Positions 11,263 to 23,184 of a stretch of DNA of 64,000 nt are shown here, piece after piece. Each line of letters opens with the position of its first letter. Within the stretch, counting starts at the first letter, position 1. Source of the stretch: Cyanidioschyzon merolae (Eukaryota); the NCBI GenBank assembly GCA_000091205.1, contig AP006494.2; one strand, given 5' to 3'. The translations under genes and the position numbers were made by a program. Below the pieces are notes generated by a model. It searched no databases, had not been told where the DNA came from, and saw only the letters and a program-made list of their open reading frames with translations.

Positions 11263-13512
11263 GCGATTGCTGCAGTTGCGCATTTTGTGATCAGAAGCCA
11301 AAAAGCGCTTTTTCTCCAGCGATGGAATGCAAGCTGCCTGTTTTTGCGGTATACGAGCATGGGTGTTTTGGCTGCACAAGGCGTTCGAGAATAGATCTAT
11401 GACCCTATTCGTTCTTTTCATCACGAGCGGGAAGTCGTGGATCGACTGTATCTGGTTCATCAGCGCTTCTGCTTCGGTGTTTGATAGGGCATGACGCATG
11501 ACGCAGCAATGTGCGTGCCCTATGCTGCACTGTTTTTACAGCTCGTGGTTGGTGAATTCGCATCAAGCGAAAACGCTCAACCTCGCTGCCTACATGCGAA
11601 GCTGAACTAGCAACCGGGAATCGCAAGGCCGTATGTACGGGCATCGCACTGCGGCACCAGAAGCATCAGCTTCGAGTTGCCGCTACGGGGTTGGATTCTT
11701 CGAAAAACGCCACCGTCTGTGGCGACTTGGTAAGCGCTGCGCGCTACACCGAGCGCTGCTGCTCGCAGATACGTTACCGACATGCGGCGAGCGCCGCAGA
11801 GGGACTCTACCCGTGCCAGCCACATCGCGCGAGACACGAGTGCTCGTTTCCGTTAACGCTCTGTACATCGCCAGCGACGAGTAACACCATTCTACTGGCG
11901 CTGATCCTTACACTGTGGCGACGCGTTCCTACGCGCTTGAGTTCTGTGGGGACGAGGTGCGCCTCTAGCGTCGTCGTGTGCTGTGTTGTTTACAGCAGGG
12001 CAGCGGCGTCGTCGCAACGGCGCACACGTTGACTGCTTGGAGGCTATTGCATCGCGAAAGGCTATCATGCCACGCGAACAAGCTAGCGCAGCTCCTGGTG
12101 AATTACGACGGCAACAAGCCGTGCTGCCTTTTTCTAGTAGACACCAGACGACAAGACTCCAAATCGCGAGCGATTGACGAAGTCCGACAATCATGGTACG
12201 GCGCTCTACCTCGGAGAGCAACAGAAGCACATCGATCGATGATTTGAGATGCACTTGCCTAAACTGTATGCTCCAGGCGTTTCTAGTAGGAGCCAGGCTT
12301 GCACGTGCACTCTTGAACGATGCTCGTCTCGATCATGTTCCGCTGGGTGCCTGCGGACTATCTTTTTTCAGGTTACAGAATCGATGCATCGAAGTAGAAT
12401 CCCCCCGATCCATGTTTGTGGACTGCACCACGAACAGAGGCAACTGCTCAGCCCTGTACACCACTACGTGGCATGGAGAGCAATGAATTCTAGAACACTT
12501 GTGCCAGCATTCCTTGTTTCTGTTGTTGTTTGTTTTTCTCACAGGCATTCAGCGAAGGGATTGTTCCCTATAGAATTGAGACAAGTCGTGGAAAGACTTG
12601 GTGCTTTCGTTGCCAGCATGCGAGAAACGTTCTGTTTTGCACAAGCCGATGATTCTCCGGTCAGCCGATGGATGACCTACGCTGCTCGTAGTTTGTCCTT
12701 CTGAACGTGGTGTACCCACGACAGAACTCTGCTCCCTCTATGAGAGTGTATGGAGAGTGCAGGGTCCGGTTTTGTACAGTTCCCTTTTTTATTAGTTCAG
12801 GACGACATATACGAAACACGATGACGAGAGCTCGTTGAAAAAAGCAGAGAACAGGAGCGTGAAACAGAGACCAATACACTAGATGATGGATGGTAATCTG
12901 ACTGAACGTGACATGGCGAGGCATGCAATGCTGAGAAGCTTCCCATGGCGTGATTACACGACCAGCCATGCACACAGGCACTTTCCCGAGGGTGACTCGA
13001 ACGCATCGATCAAGACCTGGGAATAGCTTGTGCTTCAGAAGCATCGAAAAGCTATATGCCGAGCGTTGCTATGAGGGCATTTTTTAGTACGCAATGTGCT
13101 CATTGTGCGGAAACGCGAAAGACTTGCGATGAAAACGAATCAGTAGCCAGGCGAAGCGAGAATGGATGTCGTCCGCAGCATGGCACTGGTACGGTGCGGT
13201 TCGGCAATGCAGCTAGCCTGGAGTGCCTCATAGATGCTCAGGGAACGTTTTCCCGGGCGATTCATCAAAGACAATGGTTTCTTTTTCGTTTTGCGGCATT
13301 GCTGAGGATGGACAATTCTCGGATCTGACTTGCCTTGGTGACGCAGGGCTTGATCCATCCAGCCATGTGGAGGGCGCTAAACCTACAGCAGATACCTGCT
13401 TCTGCCGTCCATCACTGCAGCAATCAGCATTTTCTCTATGATGAGGGATCACTGAGATACACCTCAGTCCGCTGAGTGCGCGATACTCATTGACATGCAG
13501 TGAAGCAATGAC

Positions 13513-13562
13513 CACTACACTGCACTGCACTGCACTGCACTGCACTGCACTGCACTGCACAC
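13513..13562. repeat. (CACTG)n pentanucleotide microsatellite, about 10 units
   Basis: cactgcactgcactg... read directly from the sequence. Confidence 0.9.
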
Positions 13563-13873
13563 GCCCTTCAGGTTCACGATACACCAACCCAGATTTGTTT
13601 CGGAGATAAACGTTCATGGATGCGATCCTCTGATACTGGAACCTATGTTGTTCGCCTGCCATGTCATCGAAAGCGCCAATACAAACCACATATAGAGAAA
13701 GGACGGCTTTACCTTCCAGCACAGCGTGCTCCGGTTCGAGGTCTTGTTGCCGCGATCTGCTGGCGCCAGTTCTGCTGGCGACGCGACAAGTTCAGAAACG
13801 CTGCGTTCGCTGGCTATCCACAAAGGAGCCGTTTGCACGAGCGTGCTAAGCTCTACGCTGAGGCTTACTACGC

Positions 13874-14929
13874 ATGACAAGTACCGAACTCAAAACGCCA
13901 GTCCAGCCAAGGCGAGTAGAGTTTGCGAAGCAGCCTCTATCAAACGGAACTGAACTCGACCGACTGCCGCTGGTGGAAGCGCCCGATAGCGCCGAGCGAG
14001 CGCCTTTCGCGACAGCCGTGGGTCCTGCTTCAACAGCGCGAACGTCGCTCGGTGTTGGTATGCAACATGGACATGATGCGAGCACTTTAGGGCTGAGCAG
14101 CTCGCGGACGCCCGCTCGTAACACATCGAATACGAGCGCAGCGGACTGGAGCGTCGAGGGAACACCCTCTGCTCCCGAAACGCGTTCGTGGCACCGGAAC
14201 TGGGGCGGTTATGGGCGCTTTCAGCGACAACGACTGTCTCCGCTAGATAGCGGATACTCCACAGGACCAAGTGTGCGCTCCGCAGGAGGACGCGCCCCGC
14301 CGAATACGTCCTGGCTGGACACAGAGACTCCGGTATCGAGTCGGCTGGGCGCAGGTGCAGAGACCACGGGACCAGCGCTAGCGCGTGGGTTGTTTACGCC
14401 CGGCCTGAGGACAACGCTGGATGCCGATCGCTCCTCGCCTTTGCAAGAGAGTGAGCTGGCGTGTTGGGTGACTGTTTTCGGATTTGCACCCGGACAACAG
14501 TCCCAAGTTTTACGAGAACTGAGGTCTTTTGGACCGGTGCTCGAGCATCGGCTTCGCAAGGGGAACTGGATGCATGTGCGGTATGAGAGCCCGCTGCAGG
14601 CACAGGCTGCATGTAGTCGTTCGAGTCGATTACTGAACGACGTCACCATGATCGGCATCGTACCGTGTACAGAACCCGAGACCATTCTGCATGAGTATGC
14701 TCACAAGGCGTTATCGGATAGGGTGCAAAGCGCGCAGCGAGCGCCAGCGACGACCCTGCTCTCTCAAACGGCTTCTAGTATGGAATCTGGGCAAAAGTCG
14801 TGGATCTCGGCACCAAATCGCTCGCAGTATCCAGAGACAGAACTTGGTACTGGAGACAAGCCAGCGCTGCCGCCCGCGCCCAAACGAAGTCTACTAGGTC
14901 GCCTTGTGGACACGATGCTCAACTGGTGA
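13874..14929 (+). CDS. NUP35: Nucleoporin Nup35/Nup53 homologue (RRM-like MPPN domain)
   Basis: The segment WVTVFGFAPGQQSQVLRELRSFGPVLEHRLRKGNWMHVRYESPLQAQAACSRSSRLLNDVTMIGIVPC closely matches the Nup35 RRM (WVTVFGFP...GNWMHIRY.S.LQA...IMIGVKPC). The C-terminal amphipathic tail is LLGRLVDTMLNW. Confidence 0.8.
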   Translation: MTSTELKTPVQPRRVEFAKQPLSNGTELDRLPLVEAPDSAERAPFATAVGPASTARTSLGVGMQHGHDASTLGLSSSRTPARNTSNTSAADWSVEGTPSAPETRSWHRNWGGYGRFQRQRLSPLDSGYSTGPSVRSAGGRAPPNTSWLDTETPVSSRLGAGAETTGPALARGLFTPGLRTTLDADRSSPLQESELACWVTVFGFAPGQQSQVLRELRSFGPVLEHRLRKGNWMHVRYESPLQAQAACSRSSRLLNDVTMIGIVPCTEPETILHEYAHKALSDRVQSAQRAPATTLLSQTASSMESGQKSWISAPNRSQYPETELGTGDKPALPPAPKRSLLGRLVDTMLNW

Positions 14930-15392
14930 GCAGACGATTCCAGTGCACCTTCGAATCCATGATGCTTTTTGGCATGGATCCGGCGGCATTTTTCTGGAAT
15001 CCAGTGCGCCCTCGAGAAATACTCGCCTAGAAAGCCGTGCCGGCTCTACAGCGTCCGAACGGTGCGCGCCCGCTGAGGAACGCTTCTCCGTCGGGACGCA
15101 TTACATGCCGACGTCATCTGTTACGGAATGTCTATCGCGAGCAGCATGCGCAGACGATTACCGAGGCGCTCGACGCTGGCCATCATCAGAACTACCGTAG
15201 CAGGCCTGTGCTGCAACCGTATCTGCACCGGTGGCGCTCTGAGTCCATGCATCGTTCGCGACGTGCACGCCCGAAAGGTTATGTACGCTATATGCTTGGT
15301 GAACGAGTCGTTTAGAAACAGCTTGGCTTGCTGGTGGGCGCTCCCGCAGTTCGCCGCTCACGTAGATTGCTCGTACCAGGCAGCCCAGGGGT

Positions 15393-16589
15393 TTAGCGCC
15401 ATGGAATTGGCTCGCTGATGACGGGCTGCTGCTGCGTCAGACAGTGGATATTACCTCCTCCTAGAAGTATTTCCCTCGCAACAGGGACCTGTACGACTTG
15501 TATCTGAGGCAGCGCTTTCTGCAAGGCAGCGCGTGCGGCTTCATCGGACTCTGGTAAACCAAAGCCGGGCATGATAATGCCTCCATTCGCTCGATAAAAG
15601 TTGACGTAACTCGCGGCAAGGCGCTCCCCGGCTCTGCGTTGGTAACTATCGCTATCGCTGGCGCCTGGTTCTGATGTATCGGCATGCTCCGGATGCGGCT
15701 GATGAGGCTGTACCTGGGGTACTTCATCTGGCTGCCGGTACAACGCCGGTGGTGCCGGCACCAAGACAACCTCGAGTGACCGTCCCAAGGCGTCCACGCT
15801 CTGCGCCAAAACTCGATGTGCAGCCTGGCAACGGTGGTCTGCAGGGTCCCAGTGGAGCGCCACTTTCGCAGGGGCAATAAATACGGCCATATTGTCTACA
15901 TGGCCGCTGGTGTCTACGTCACCCTCGATGCCATATGGCAGCCAGATTACCTTGGTGATGCCCAAGTACGCACGCAACTGTTTTTCTATATCGTTCTGAG
16001 AATACGTCGGGTTACGATTCGGATTCAGCAAGCACTCTGCAGTGGTGAGGGCCGTTCCCTCACCGTCCACGCTGATGCTACCGCCCTCGAGTACCATAGG
16101 GCACCAGAAGCGCGGCAAACGTTCCAGAAGGAGCATTTTCTTCGCCACCAACTGATCGAGGCTGCAGGCCGCATAACAGTTACCCTGTGCACCACCCCAA
16201 GCGTTAAAATCAAAGTGGACACCAGCTCCTTGCGCAGCATTCTCCGGCTCTGCACCGCACACGAAAACGGCTCCTGTGTCGCGTAGCCAGCAGTCGTCCG
16301 TGCTCAGCTCGACAACGCGAACGGGGTACTGTGCGCATTGACCTGGACTGCTCGGATGGTCCACAAGTAGCGCGCAGGCTTGTATGAAGGCGGATGCGGA
16401 GCACACCACGGTGACTGGCTCCAACTCGGCGATGGCGGCAACGACTTGCGCCACTGCACGCTGCGCCGGAGCAGCGCCCAGACGCCAGTTATCGGGGCGC
16501 TCGGGCCATCCGATCCAGCAGTTTGCGTGGCTGGCCCACTCACCAGGTTGCCGTAGACCGAGATCAAACGGACAGACACCTTCAATCAT
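15393..16589 (-). CDS. Agmatine deiminase (porphyromonas-type peptidyl-arginine deiminase fold)
   Basis: 398-aa ORF. C-terminal hallmark GGGNIHCLTQQQP. Internal segments typical of this family (WLRDTGAVFV, DFNAWGG, EGGSI..DGEGT, VDNMAVF). Confidence 0.85.
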   Translation of the reverse strand: MIEGVCPFDLGLRQPGEWASHANCWIGWPERPDNWRLGAAPAQRAVAQVVAAIAELEPVTVVCSASAFIQACALLVDHPSSPGQCAQYPVRVVELSTDDCWLRDTGAVFVCGAEPENAAQGAGVHFDFNAWGGAQGNCYAACSLDQLVAKKMLLLERLPRFWCPMVLEGGSISVDGEGTALTTAECLLNPNRNPTYSQNDIEKQLRAYLGITKVIWLPYGIEGDVDTSGHVDNMAVFIAPAKVALHWDPADHRCQAAHRVLAQSVDALGRSLEVVLVPAPPALYRQPDEVPQVQPHQPHPEHADTSEPGASDSDSYQRRAGERLAASYVNFYRANGGIIMPGFGLPESDEAARAALQKALPQIQVVQVPVAREILLGGGNIHCLTQQQPVISEPIPWR

Positions 16590-16928
16590 ATACTGATGGC
16601 GAAAACTCCCGGTGCTGCAGTGCTATTGAACAGCTACGGTACCGCGTTTCGCTGGTACCGCCAGCACGTTCGCGAGATTCGCTGCGCAGCGACCTGGGCA
16701 CGGTGGCGGCGCTGCAGCAGCGTCGCCTAGCAGCCGTTGCTACGCGTCTTCGGCTGAGAAGGGGCCGCAACGAGGGCAGGACGCTCGTTCGGATCACTGA
16801 CATCGTCGCTATCCATGTCAGCACAACATAGGACAGGTCCATCTAGCGAACTCGGGTATACACGCTGGAGGCTGGGTATCTGCCCGCGGTCGTTATGATC
16901 ACCAGGCCTGACGGGTTTTCAGTGAATG

Positions 16929-18160
16929 CTTCACTTTATTGTCTAATACCTCACGCCTTGAATATGCCGGACTCGTTCTTTGCTCCAGGTCCATTGTTTA
17001 TCGTTGGAGAATGTTGGTGGCAGCGTCGATGCACAGAAGTCGCAGCTTCCAGCTGTCATCGACGCATGTCGTGAACAGGAGGGAGTCGGTATCAACGCTT
17101 CGCGTACCATGGATATCTGCTTTGTGGACAGCGTCGGTGCGCCTGTTGCAGCGGTAGCTCTTGACTTTGGTCAGTGGTTGCCGTATGTCCACCATACGCT
17201 CTCTTCTGAGCGCCACTCTGTGGTACGAAAAGGTTTGCTTCGTCACTCGATACATGCCGTCGACCGGTACAGAGGGCTGCGCTCGGTGCACCCCCGCGTT
17301 TGGATACCACCAGGTCGTAGCGCATCTTTTGCGCTCCATTCTGCGCGCGACCAGAGAAGCACCAGAACAGTTCAGGGCTGGTGATAGCTGGGAAGGATAT
17401 GGCGAAAAAGAATGAACGGAAGATGGGTGCCAAGGTTGCGACCAACTCGTACTTGGATCCACGAGCGCCAAATTCGCAACGGACAACAGACTATGTGCTA
17501 GGGGCTGAATCTAGCCAAGGTGCAGCTCAACCCCAGTCTGAGTTGCGTACTCCGTGGTCACTCTTGGATGATCGAAATTGACATTGTTTAGGGTCCGCAC
17601 TGAAGCTTGTGGAAGTAGACAACAGGAAGAGTGCGTCCACGCGGCACCGGCTTTTGAACGACCCCGCCTGTTTGGCGACTCGCAGGCCAGCACACGACAG
17701 CAATCCCGCTGGAGCTCGTCTCATCATTCTGTTTGTTTATCGTTTCTTTAAGAACACTGGTTTGCTCTGCTTTGGGTACCCGGACACAAGTCCAACTGTT
17801 CTCCCGAATAAAGACTCATCGAGTGAGATGCAAATTCGTCGCTGCTGATACAAGATCTCGCGTCTGAGAACAAAACCGATCGTGTGTGTATCAACACTCT
17901 ATGGTTCTCCGTACAAGCGAGCATACTTATTCGTTCACCCATATCTTCTCATCACAGCGCGTATCAGAAAGACGGAAAATTCGTATCCTATGGCCTTGTA
18001 AACACTACTCGTAACAGAACGTATGCAATGGAGTGGATTGACGAGCAGACAGTCGCGTGGACGGAGTTCGACACGTTCGACCGGGGCTGCACCACGTTCA
18101 GGAGAACGACTGCCATGAGGGCAGATCATCCACCTGCTGACCTCAGAATAGCTGACTAGA
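16929..18160 (+). mobile_element. Dispersed repeat family, copy A (apparently full length, about 1.23 kb); 5' 374 bp (16929-17302) is about 98% identical to copy B
   Basis: Gapless 374-bp match with about 7 mismatches to 23185-23558. The remainder aligns to 23558-24400 at only about 65-75%, with indels. Lies 340 bp upstream of the agmatine deiminase start. Confidence 0.75.
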
Positions 18161-18471
18161 AGATGTAAAGCTGTCTTTCACACGCTCGCAGTAATCGCAT
18201 CGAGTCTTTCCGCGGTCTCTCTGCCACCTACAAGATACGTGGCCTTCGTTGAATCCCCGCAAAACAACACTCAAAACCAACACAGACGTGTTCATACGGA
18301 TGTTCCGGAACTCACTACCTTAAATGGAACAGGGCGCACGCTGCCTTCTCCTACGCTGATCTCAGATCTGCCAACGTTAAATCACTGCCGCAGATCCAAG
18401 TTTCAAAAACTGGACCAAGCAACCCCCTGCGAAAGGAATAAGATAGAAGCGTGTGCAGGCTCGCTGACTGC

Positions 18472-18852
18472 CTAATCAGTCGCGGAGCGGGTGCGCTCCG
18501 GGTGCGCCCTGGACGGCATCCGGAGAGCGCAACGCGCAGCCGCTAGTTCCCTCATCGTTTGTTGCCAGCCACGTGCCGTATCATCAGTCTTATCGACGCA
18601 AGCAATATCGTATCGTTCATGCAACTGTGAAAGCTCGTCCACCGCTGACTGCCAGCGAAGCACTTCATCGGCAATAGCGGGGGAAGGCGTCGGCATCGAC
18701 GACGGAACGGCTCGCTCACTCAAACTCTCGAAACGCGCTGAGCAATCCTTGAAACATGCTCGCAGCGCCTGCTGACGCACACTGCGGAGTTCACAGTCCC
18801 TAGTTACTTGACGAAGTCGACGGCTCAGCGTGCGGTACAGCTGAGGAAGCAT
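18472..18852 (-). CDS. Small hypothetical protein with N-terminal LYR-like motif (possible Complex1_LYR/LYRM family)
   Basis: 126-aa ORF beginning MLPQLYRTLSRRLRQ...CFKDCSARFE. Placed divergently 465 bp from the mitochondrial-type DnaJ gene. Confidence 0.3.
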   Translation of the reverse strand: MLPQLYRTLSRRLRQVTRDCELRSVRQQALRACFKDCSARFESLSERAVPSSMPTPSPAIADEVLRWQSAVDELSQLHERYDIACVDKTDDTARGWQQTMRELAAARCALRMPSRAHPERTRSATD

Positions 18853-19316
18853 GCTTTCGCCCTCGAGCCGTCAACGCCGAAGCACACCAGGGGTGCGCCA
18901 ATGAAAACTTCTGCTTTTATGAGGCTCGAGTATGTACTGCACAGCCAGATAGCCGTCGCGCTTCAAATCAGTGCCCCAGCTAGGGCCAGCAAATGTACCG
19001 AGCGTTGCCCAGGCGTTTTCGCAACAAATAACCAGTCAGTATAGCGTAACCGATGAGGAATCGACGTCGCTGCTCCGCTCACGCGATGGCTGCGTCCGGC
19101 TGCCGCGCTGCGTTTCCGGTGCCCTCAGAGACGTCGGTGGTGAGCGTGCTCCTCAGGGTTCTGCGAAGAGCGCAGTGGAGTGTAAAAGCAGTCGTCGAGG
19201 GGTGCGGGAACCGCTTGCGGCGTGTGTGGACGTGTTGGTTTTGGGCGCGGATCAGAGTTTCCAAAGCGGCCCTCTGGTAGTGGGTCGTCGCTTGGCGCTT
19301 CGTCGCCTGTGCTGCA

Positions 19317-20807
19317 GTGGCTTTGCTCCTTAGCATGCAGCGACTTGGGCTACGGCTCACCGAAACGCTAGCGAAACAAATCCGCCGCTCCTTTCATTTC
19401 AGTCCAGAGCTGCAATGTTTGAGACAAGTAAGGACGAGTCCGTCGTCGGGCGTTCTACCGTTGGATGCGGTACCAGCTCGGCCCAACGCGGTATGGTCGG
19501 CACCAGTTGGCACCTTACAGTCGCTGCAGAGATGCGCTTGCCAGGGGCGAACGCACACACGAAGCCTCAGTGTCGTGTCAACCTCAGCAGCGGGATCTAC
19601 GGCGGTGGCGGCGGCTCCTCGGGACCCCTACGAGGTGCTCGGCGTACCGCGAAACGCAACGCTTGCCGAAATAAAGAAAGCGTACTATCGATTGGCTAAA
19701 GAACATCACCCTGACTCTGGTGGTGATAAATCCAAATTTGCCGAAATCAACGCAGCATACGAGCTCCTCAGTGACGAAAAGAAGCGCAAACAGTACGATC
19801 GGTACGGTTTCCGCGAGGATGGTGAGGGAGCCTCTGCAAGCGGGTTTGAGTACGCCCCCGGCAGCGGTGCTGAGGACATTCTCCGTCAATTTCGCGAGTT
19901 CTTCGGCAGCATGGCCGATGAGACAGCTTCTGGTGCAGGTCCAATGGGCAGCGGTTTTGGCTTTTTTGCACGCGGCGCGGATGTGGAGGTACCCCTGGTC
20001 CTGTCCTTCATGGAGGCGGCCCGCGGTACCGAGAAAACCGTGCAGGTCTCAGCGGCGGTGGAGTGTCGCGCATGTCGAGGTACTGGTTCCAGCGGTGGTC
20101 GCACGGAATGGAGCCCTTGTGCCCAATGTGGCGGCACAGGACAGGAGAGTTATCAGCGCGGCTTTTTTGCTTTCCAAAGCACCTGCAGACGCTGCGGTGG
20201 TAGCGGCAGGCGCCTGCGGAACCCCTGTTCTACGTGTACCGGCTCTGGCGTGACACCTGGTCTGCGTCGCGTCGCAGTGCGGGTGCCCGCAGGTGTCGAC
20301 AGCGGTTACAGTTTGCGAGTCAGCGGCAAAGGTGAGGCAGCGCCGCACGGCGGCACACCGGGCGATCTATACGTTCGCATCCAGGTCGAAGATGATCCCT
20401 ATTTTCACCGCGAGGGACCTCACTTGCACGTTGTTGCGCCCATTAGCTTCGCGGATGCAGCGCTTGGTGGTGCGGTGCGCGTCCGAACCCTCGACGGCGA
20501 GGCCGAAGTCAAGATTCCTCCGGGTACCCAGCCGGACGATGTGCGTGTAATGCGAGCGAAAGGTCTACCTCGCCCTGGTATTGGGACTGCCGAGCGCGGC
20601 AACCAATACGTCCATTTCCGACTGCGTGTCCCTACGAGCTTAACGAGCAGAGAACGGGAACTCATTGAAGAATTGCGACAAATCGAACAACAGCGACGTG
20701 GCAATCGGCCTTCGGAGGCCGCCTACGACAGCGACGCAAACGAGGAAGCAGGATCTAAGAATTTTTTCCGTCGACTCAAGTCGCTGTTCGCTACCGGTGG
20801 TGCATAG
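19317..20807 (+). CDS. Type I DnaJ/Hsp40 chaperone with N-terminal presequence (mitochondrial Mdj1/DnaJA-like)
   Basis: About 100-aa R/S/L-rich extension. J domain DPYEVLGV...HHPD. G/F-rich linker. Four CxxCxGxG zinc-finger repeats ([32 protein letters not shown]). C-terminal peptide-binding domain. Confidence 0.9.
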   Translation: MALLLSMQRLGLRLTETLAKQIRRSFHFSPELQCLRQVRTSPSSGVLPLDAVPARPNAVWSAPVGTLQSLQRCACQGRTHTRSLSVVSTSAAGSTAVAAAPRDPYEVLGVPRNATLAEIKKAYYRLAKEHHPDSGGDKSKFAEINAAYELLSDEKKRKQYDRYGFREDGEGASASGFEYAPGSGAEDILRQFREFFGSMADETASGAGPMGSGFGFFARGADVEVPLVLSFMEAARGTEKTVQVSAAVECRACRGTGSSGGRTEWSPCAQCGGTGQESYQRGFFAFQSTCRRCGGSGRRLRNPCSTCTGSGVTPGLRRVAVRVPAGVDSGYSLRVSGKGEAAPHGGTPGDLYVRIQVEDDPYFHREGPHLHVVAPISFADAALGGAVRVRTLDGEAEVKIPPGTQPDDVRVMRAKGLPRPGIGTAERGNQYVHFRLRVPTSLTSRERELIEELRQIEQQRRGNRPSEAAYDSDANEEAGSKNFFRRLKSLFATGGA

Positions 20808-23184
20808 GGCGTCGTTTGAGGGAACCTATCAGACAGCTACGTCCGCATCAGTCGCGCGCACTGTTCCATGTTCAGGGACGTTCGCTCGTGTGCACAGGCA
20901 TGCTTGCCTTGAGTAGCTAGAGCCGCTGTAGCGGCAGCGACGGTAGTCCTGGAGTCTGCCGCGGACTTGCGAGCACATGCACGAGCAGGCGTGCGTTCAG
21001 CAGCTAGAGCTTTCGTAGCGGCAGAGACTGCGGTGTCGTAAACCGCTATTTCGTCGTCTGCGTTTCGCGAAGCATCTCCTCGGTAATATTGAACGATGGA
21101 ACATCATGATCGTTCACCACTTTCCCAGGAAAATCGTTCCCGATGTAGATATACACCGGTTCAACTTGCTGGATTGCCGAAACGTTTCGTACGAGTGCCT
21201 TGCTCCAAGACGGTTCGAATGCCCTGTTTCCTGGCCATTGATTTGTTTTCTTGGAAACTGGTCAGCGTTTCATCACCGAGGCCACACTGCGTATGAAAGG
21301 ATTCTCTCGAAAAATCGCTTGACACAGAGCCGATGGATGCCCACGAAGCACAAGATATTTCTGGAGTCACTATCTTTTTCTTTCGTACATTCAGCGAGCA
21401 TCCGTGCCAATGTTGCGTATGTGTCGTACTGAACTCATCGATGCGAATCGTGCAGGGCGATTCCTGCACTCGTTGGGCGCTCTCGTCGAAGGAGCAGAAC
21501 TGCGGCCCATGCGCACTACAGCGGGCACAGCGAGATGGGCTACCTCCAGACGACGCAACTTGTCGATCATATCCTTTTCCAGCTCAGTGTACAAGTTGGT
21601 GAATATACGCTTCGGGCCGCGGTCCAACCGAATCCGTTCGCGACTCGTGCAGCGTCTCATGTACGCATGCTAGATATCGTCCTCATGAGCTGTTTGGACG
21701 CTCTTGTAATGTTTCTGAGCAAAGCGTACTAAGCATCCGCTTCTGCTTGATGCCGTGCTCAGCGCAACAGAATCGGTGCTGACGCTGTCATTCGAATTGC
21801 TGGAACGCCTCCTGGTGTTCATCATGCCAGGCTCCTGATAATCGTGCTCTGGAAACGTTGAGCAGCTTCAACTGCTCAACTGCTCGGGTCTTTCGCTCCG
21901 TCCTCTTGATTCAGAGGCCCGGCGAAAGCCGTCATGTGCTTCAATGACGGATGCATGCCCGCAACTTTGTCTTCCTCTCCATCTATCTTGAAGGCTTGAA
22001 AATGAGTCTCATTGCTCCGTTCAGATCTACGTTTCGCAAAGTTCATGCAGATTCATATCCGGTGGCCTCTATCATCCCGATGAAGTGCTTTCAATTTTTG
22101 ATGATTGTAAACGAGAAACCTTGAACAAGCCTCGCCAATGGTCTCCGCAAGATTGTTCGAGTGCTTTATAATTGGTCGTACGGACCAGCGGTAGCACACT
22201 GAGGAAGCCACACTGTATAGTGCAGCATTGTTTACAATGGGTTCGTTGGCCTTGATCTAATCTATGAGGACCACATCGAATAGACGCATGATGAGGCGCG
22301 AGCGCTCCGATTCAGGGAGCGATTCCACTGTGCTCTAGGTGCTCTGTTGAGGAAAACGCAGGATCGTAAGATGCAAGCAGAGCAGCAGTCACGCTTCACC
22401 CATCTTTTGGATACCAGCGCCCTAGATGTGAGGCCCAGAGCGATACCACCTTCTTGGACGATCTGAAGCGCATCCCGCTCTCGTTGCGACATCTCTTCCA
22501 AACTCGTTACAATCTCGATCTTTTCTGCCACCACGAGTTCGCCATATGCCTCCAACGATACTCCAAGACTATGTTCCATGAGTCGCATCTTCTCTTGGCT
22601 GGTGAGGTGAGGGCACAACGCTCACAGCATGCGTCTCGCAAACTGCTCGACATTGATCCGCATTCGTTGATGTGCAGCCGAAAAATAGTTCACGCATGTC
22701 AAGCACGATAGTATCTGGATGCTACGGAATGCTTCGAGCAGAATCCGGGTAGTGTTTGCTGAGATACACCTGCTGCTGCATGGCGTGGAGCCTCACGCAA
22801 GCTGAAAGCAGCTTCCGTTCGCAATGTCATATCATTGGTGCTCCATCGACGTTGCGTTCTCTGGACATGAACATGACCGGCTACTCGAACAGCTCTTTAC
22901 AGTTCACAGCTTCGCAGCCGCAGATTCTGGTTCATTTTCTGATGCAGAAAAGTCTGCGAGCGTATATCATGGGCATTTCATGGACCAAAACACGGTCTGA
23001 ATCACGCGCGAGCGCCACAGGGTCGCGGAGCGCTAAGCTCACTTTTTCACTATTCTGTCATCTGCGCACCCATGTCAGAGTGGAATGGAAGCGGTACAGG
23101 TACCTCACTCGGGCGCATATTCGGGAATACGTGTCTCCTCGAACGGTAATCAACATCTGCATTTGCGGGCTTTCTCTGCGACTT

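Noticed and set aside
22262-22618. 118-aa minus-strand ORF (…KMRLMEHSLGVSLEAYGELVVAEKIEIVTSLEEMSQRE…) in the 3.9-kb gap between DnaJ and the 2H phosphoesterase.
   Set aside because: I could not match it to any family. The Cys/Arg-rich tail looks like read-through. Not supportable as a gene from sequence alone.
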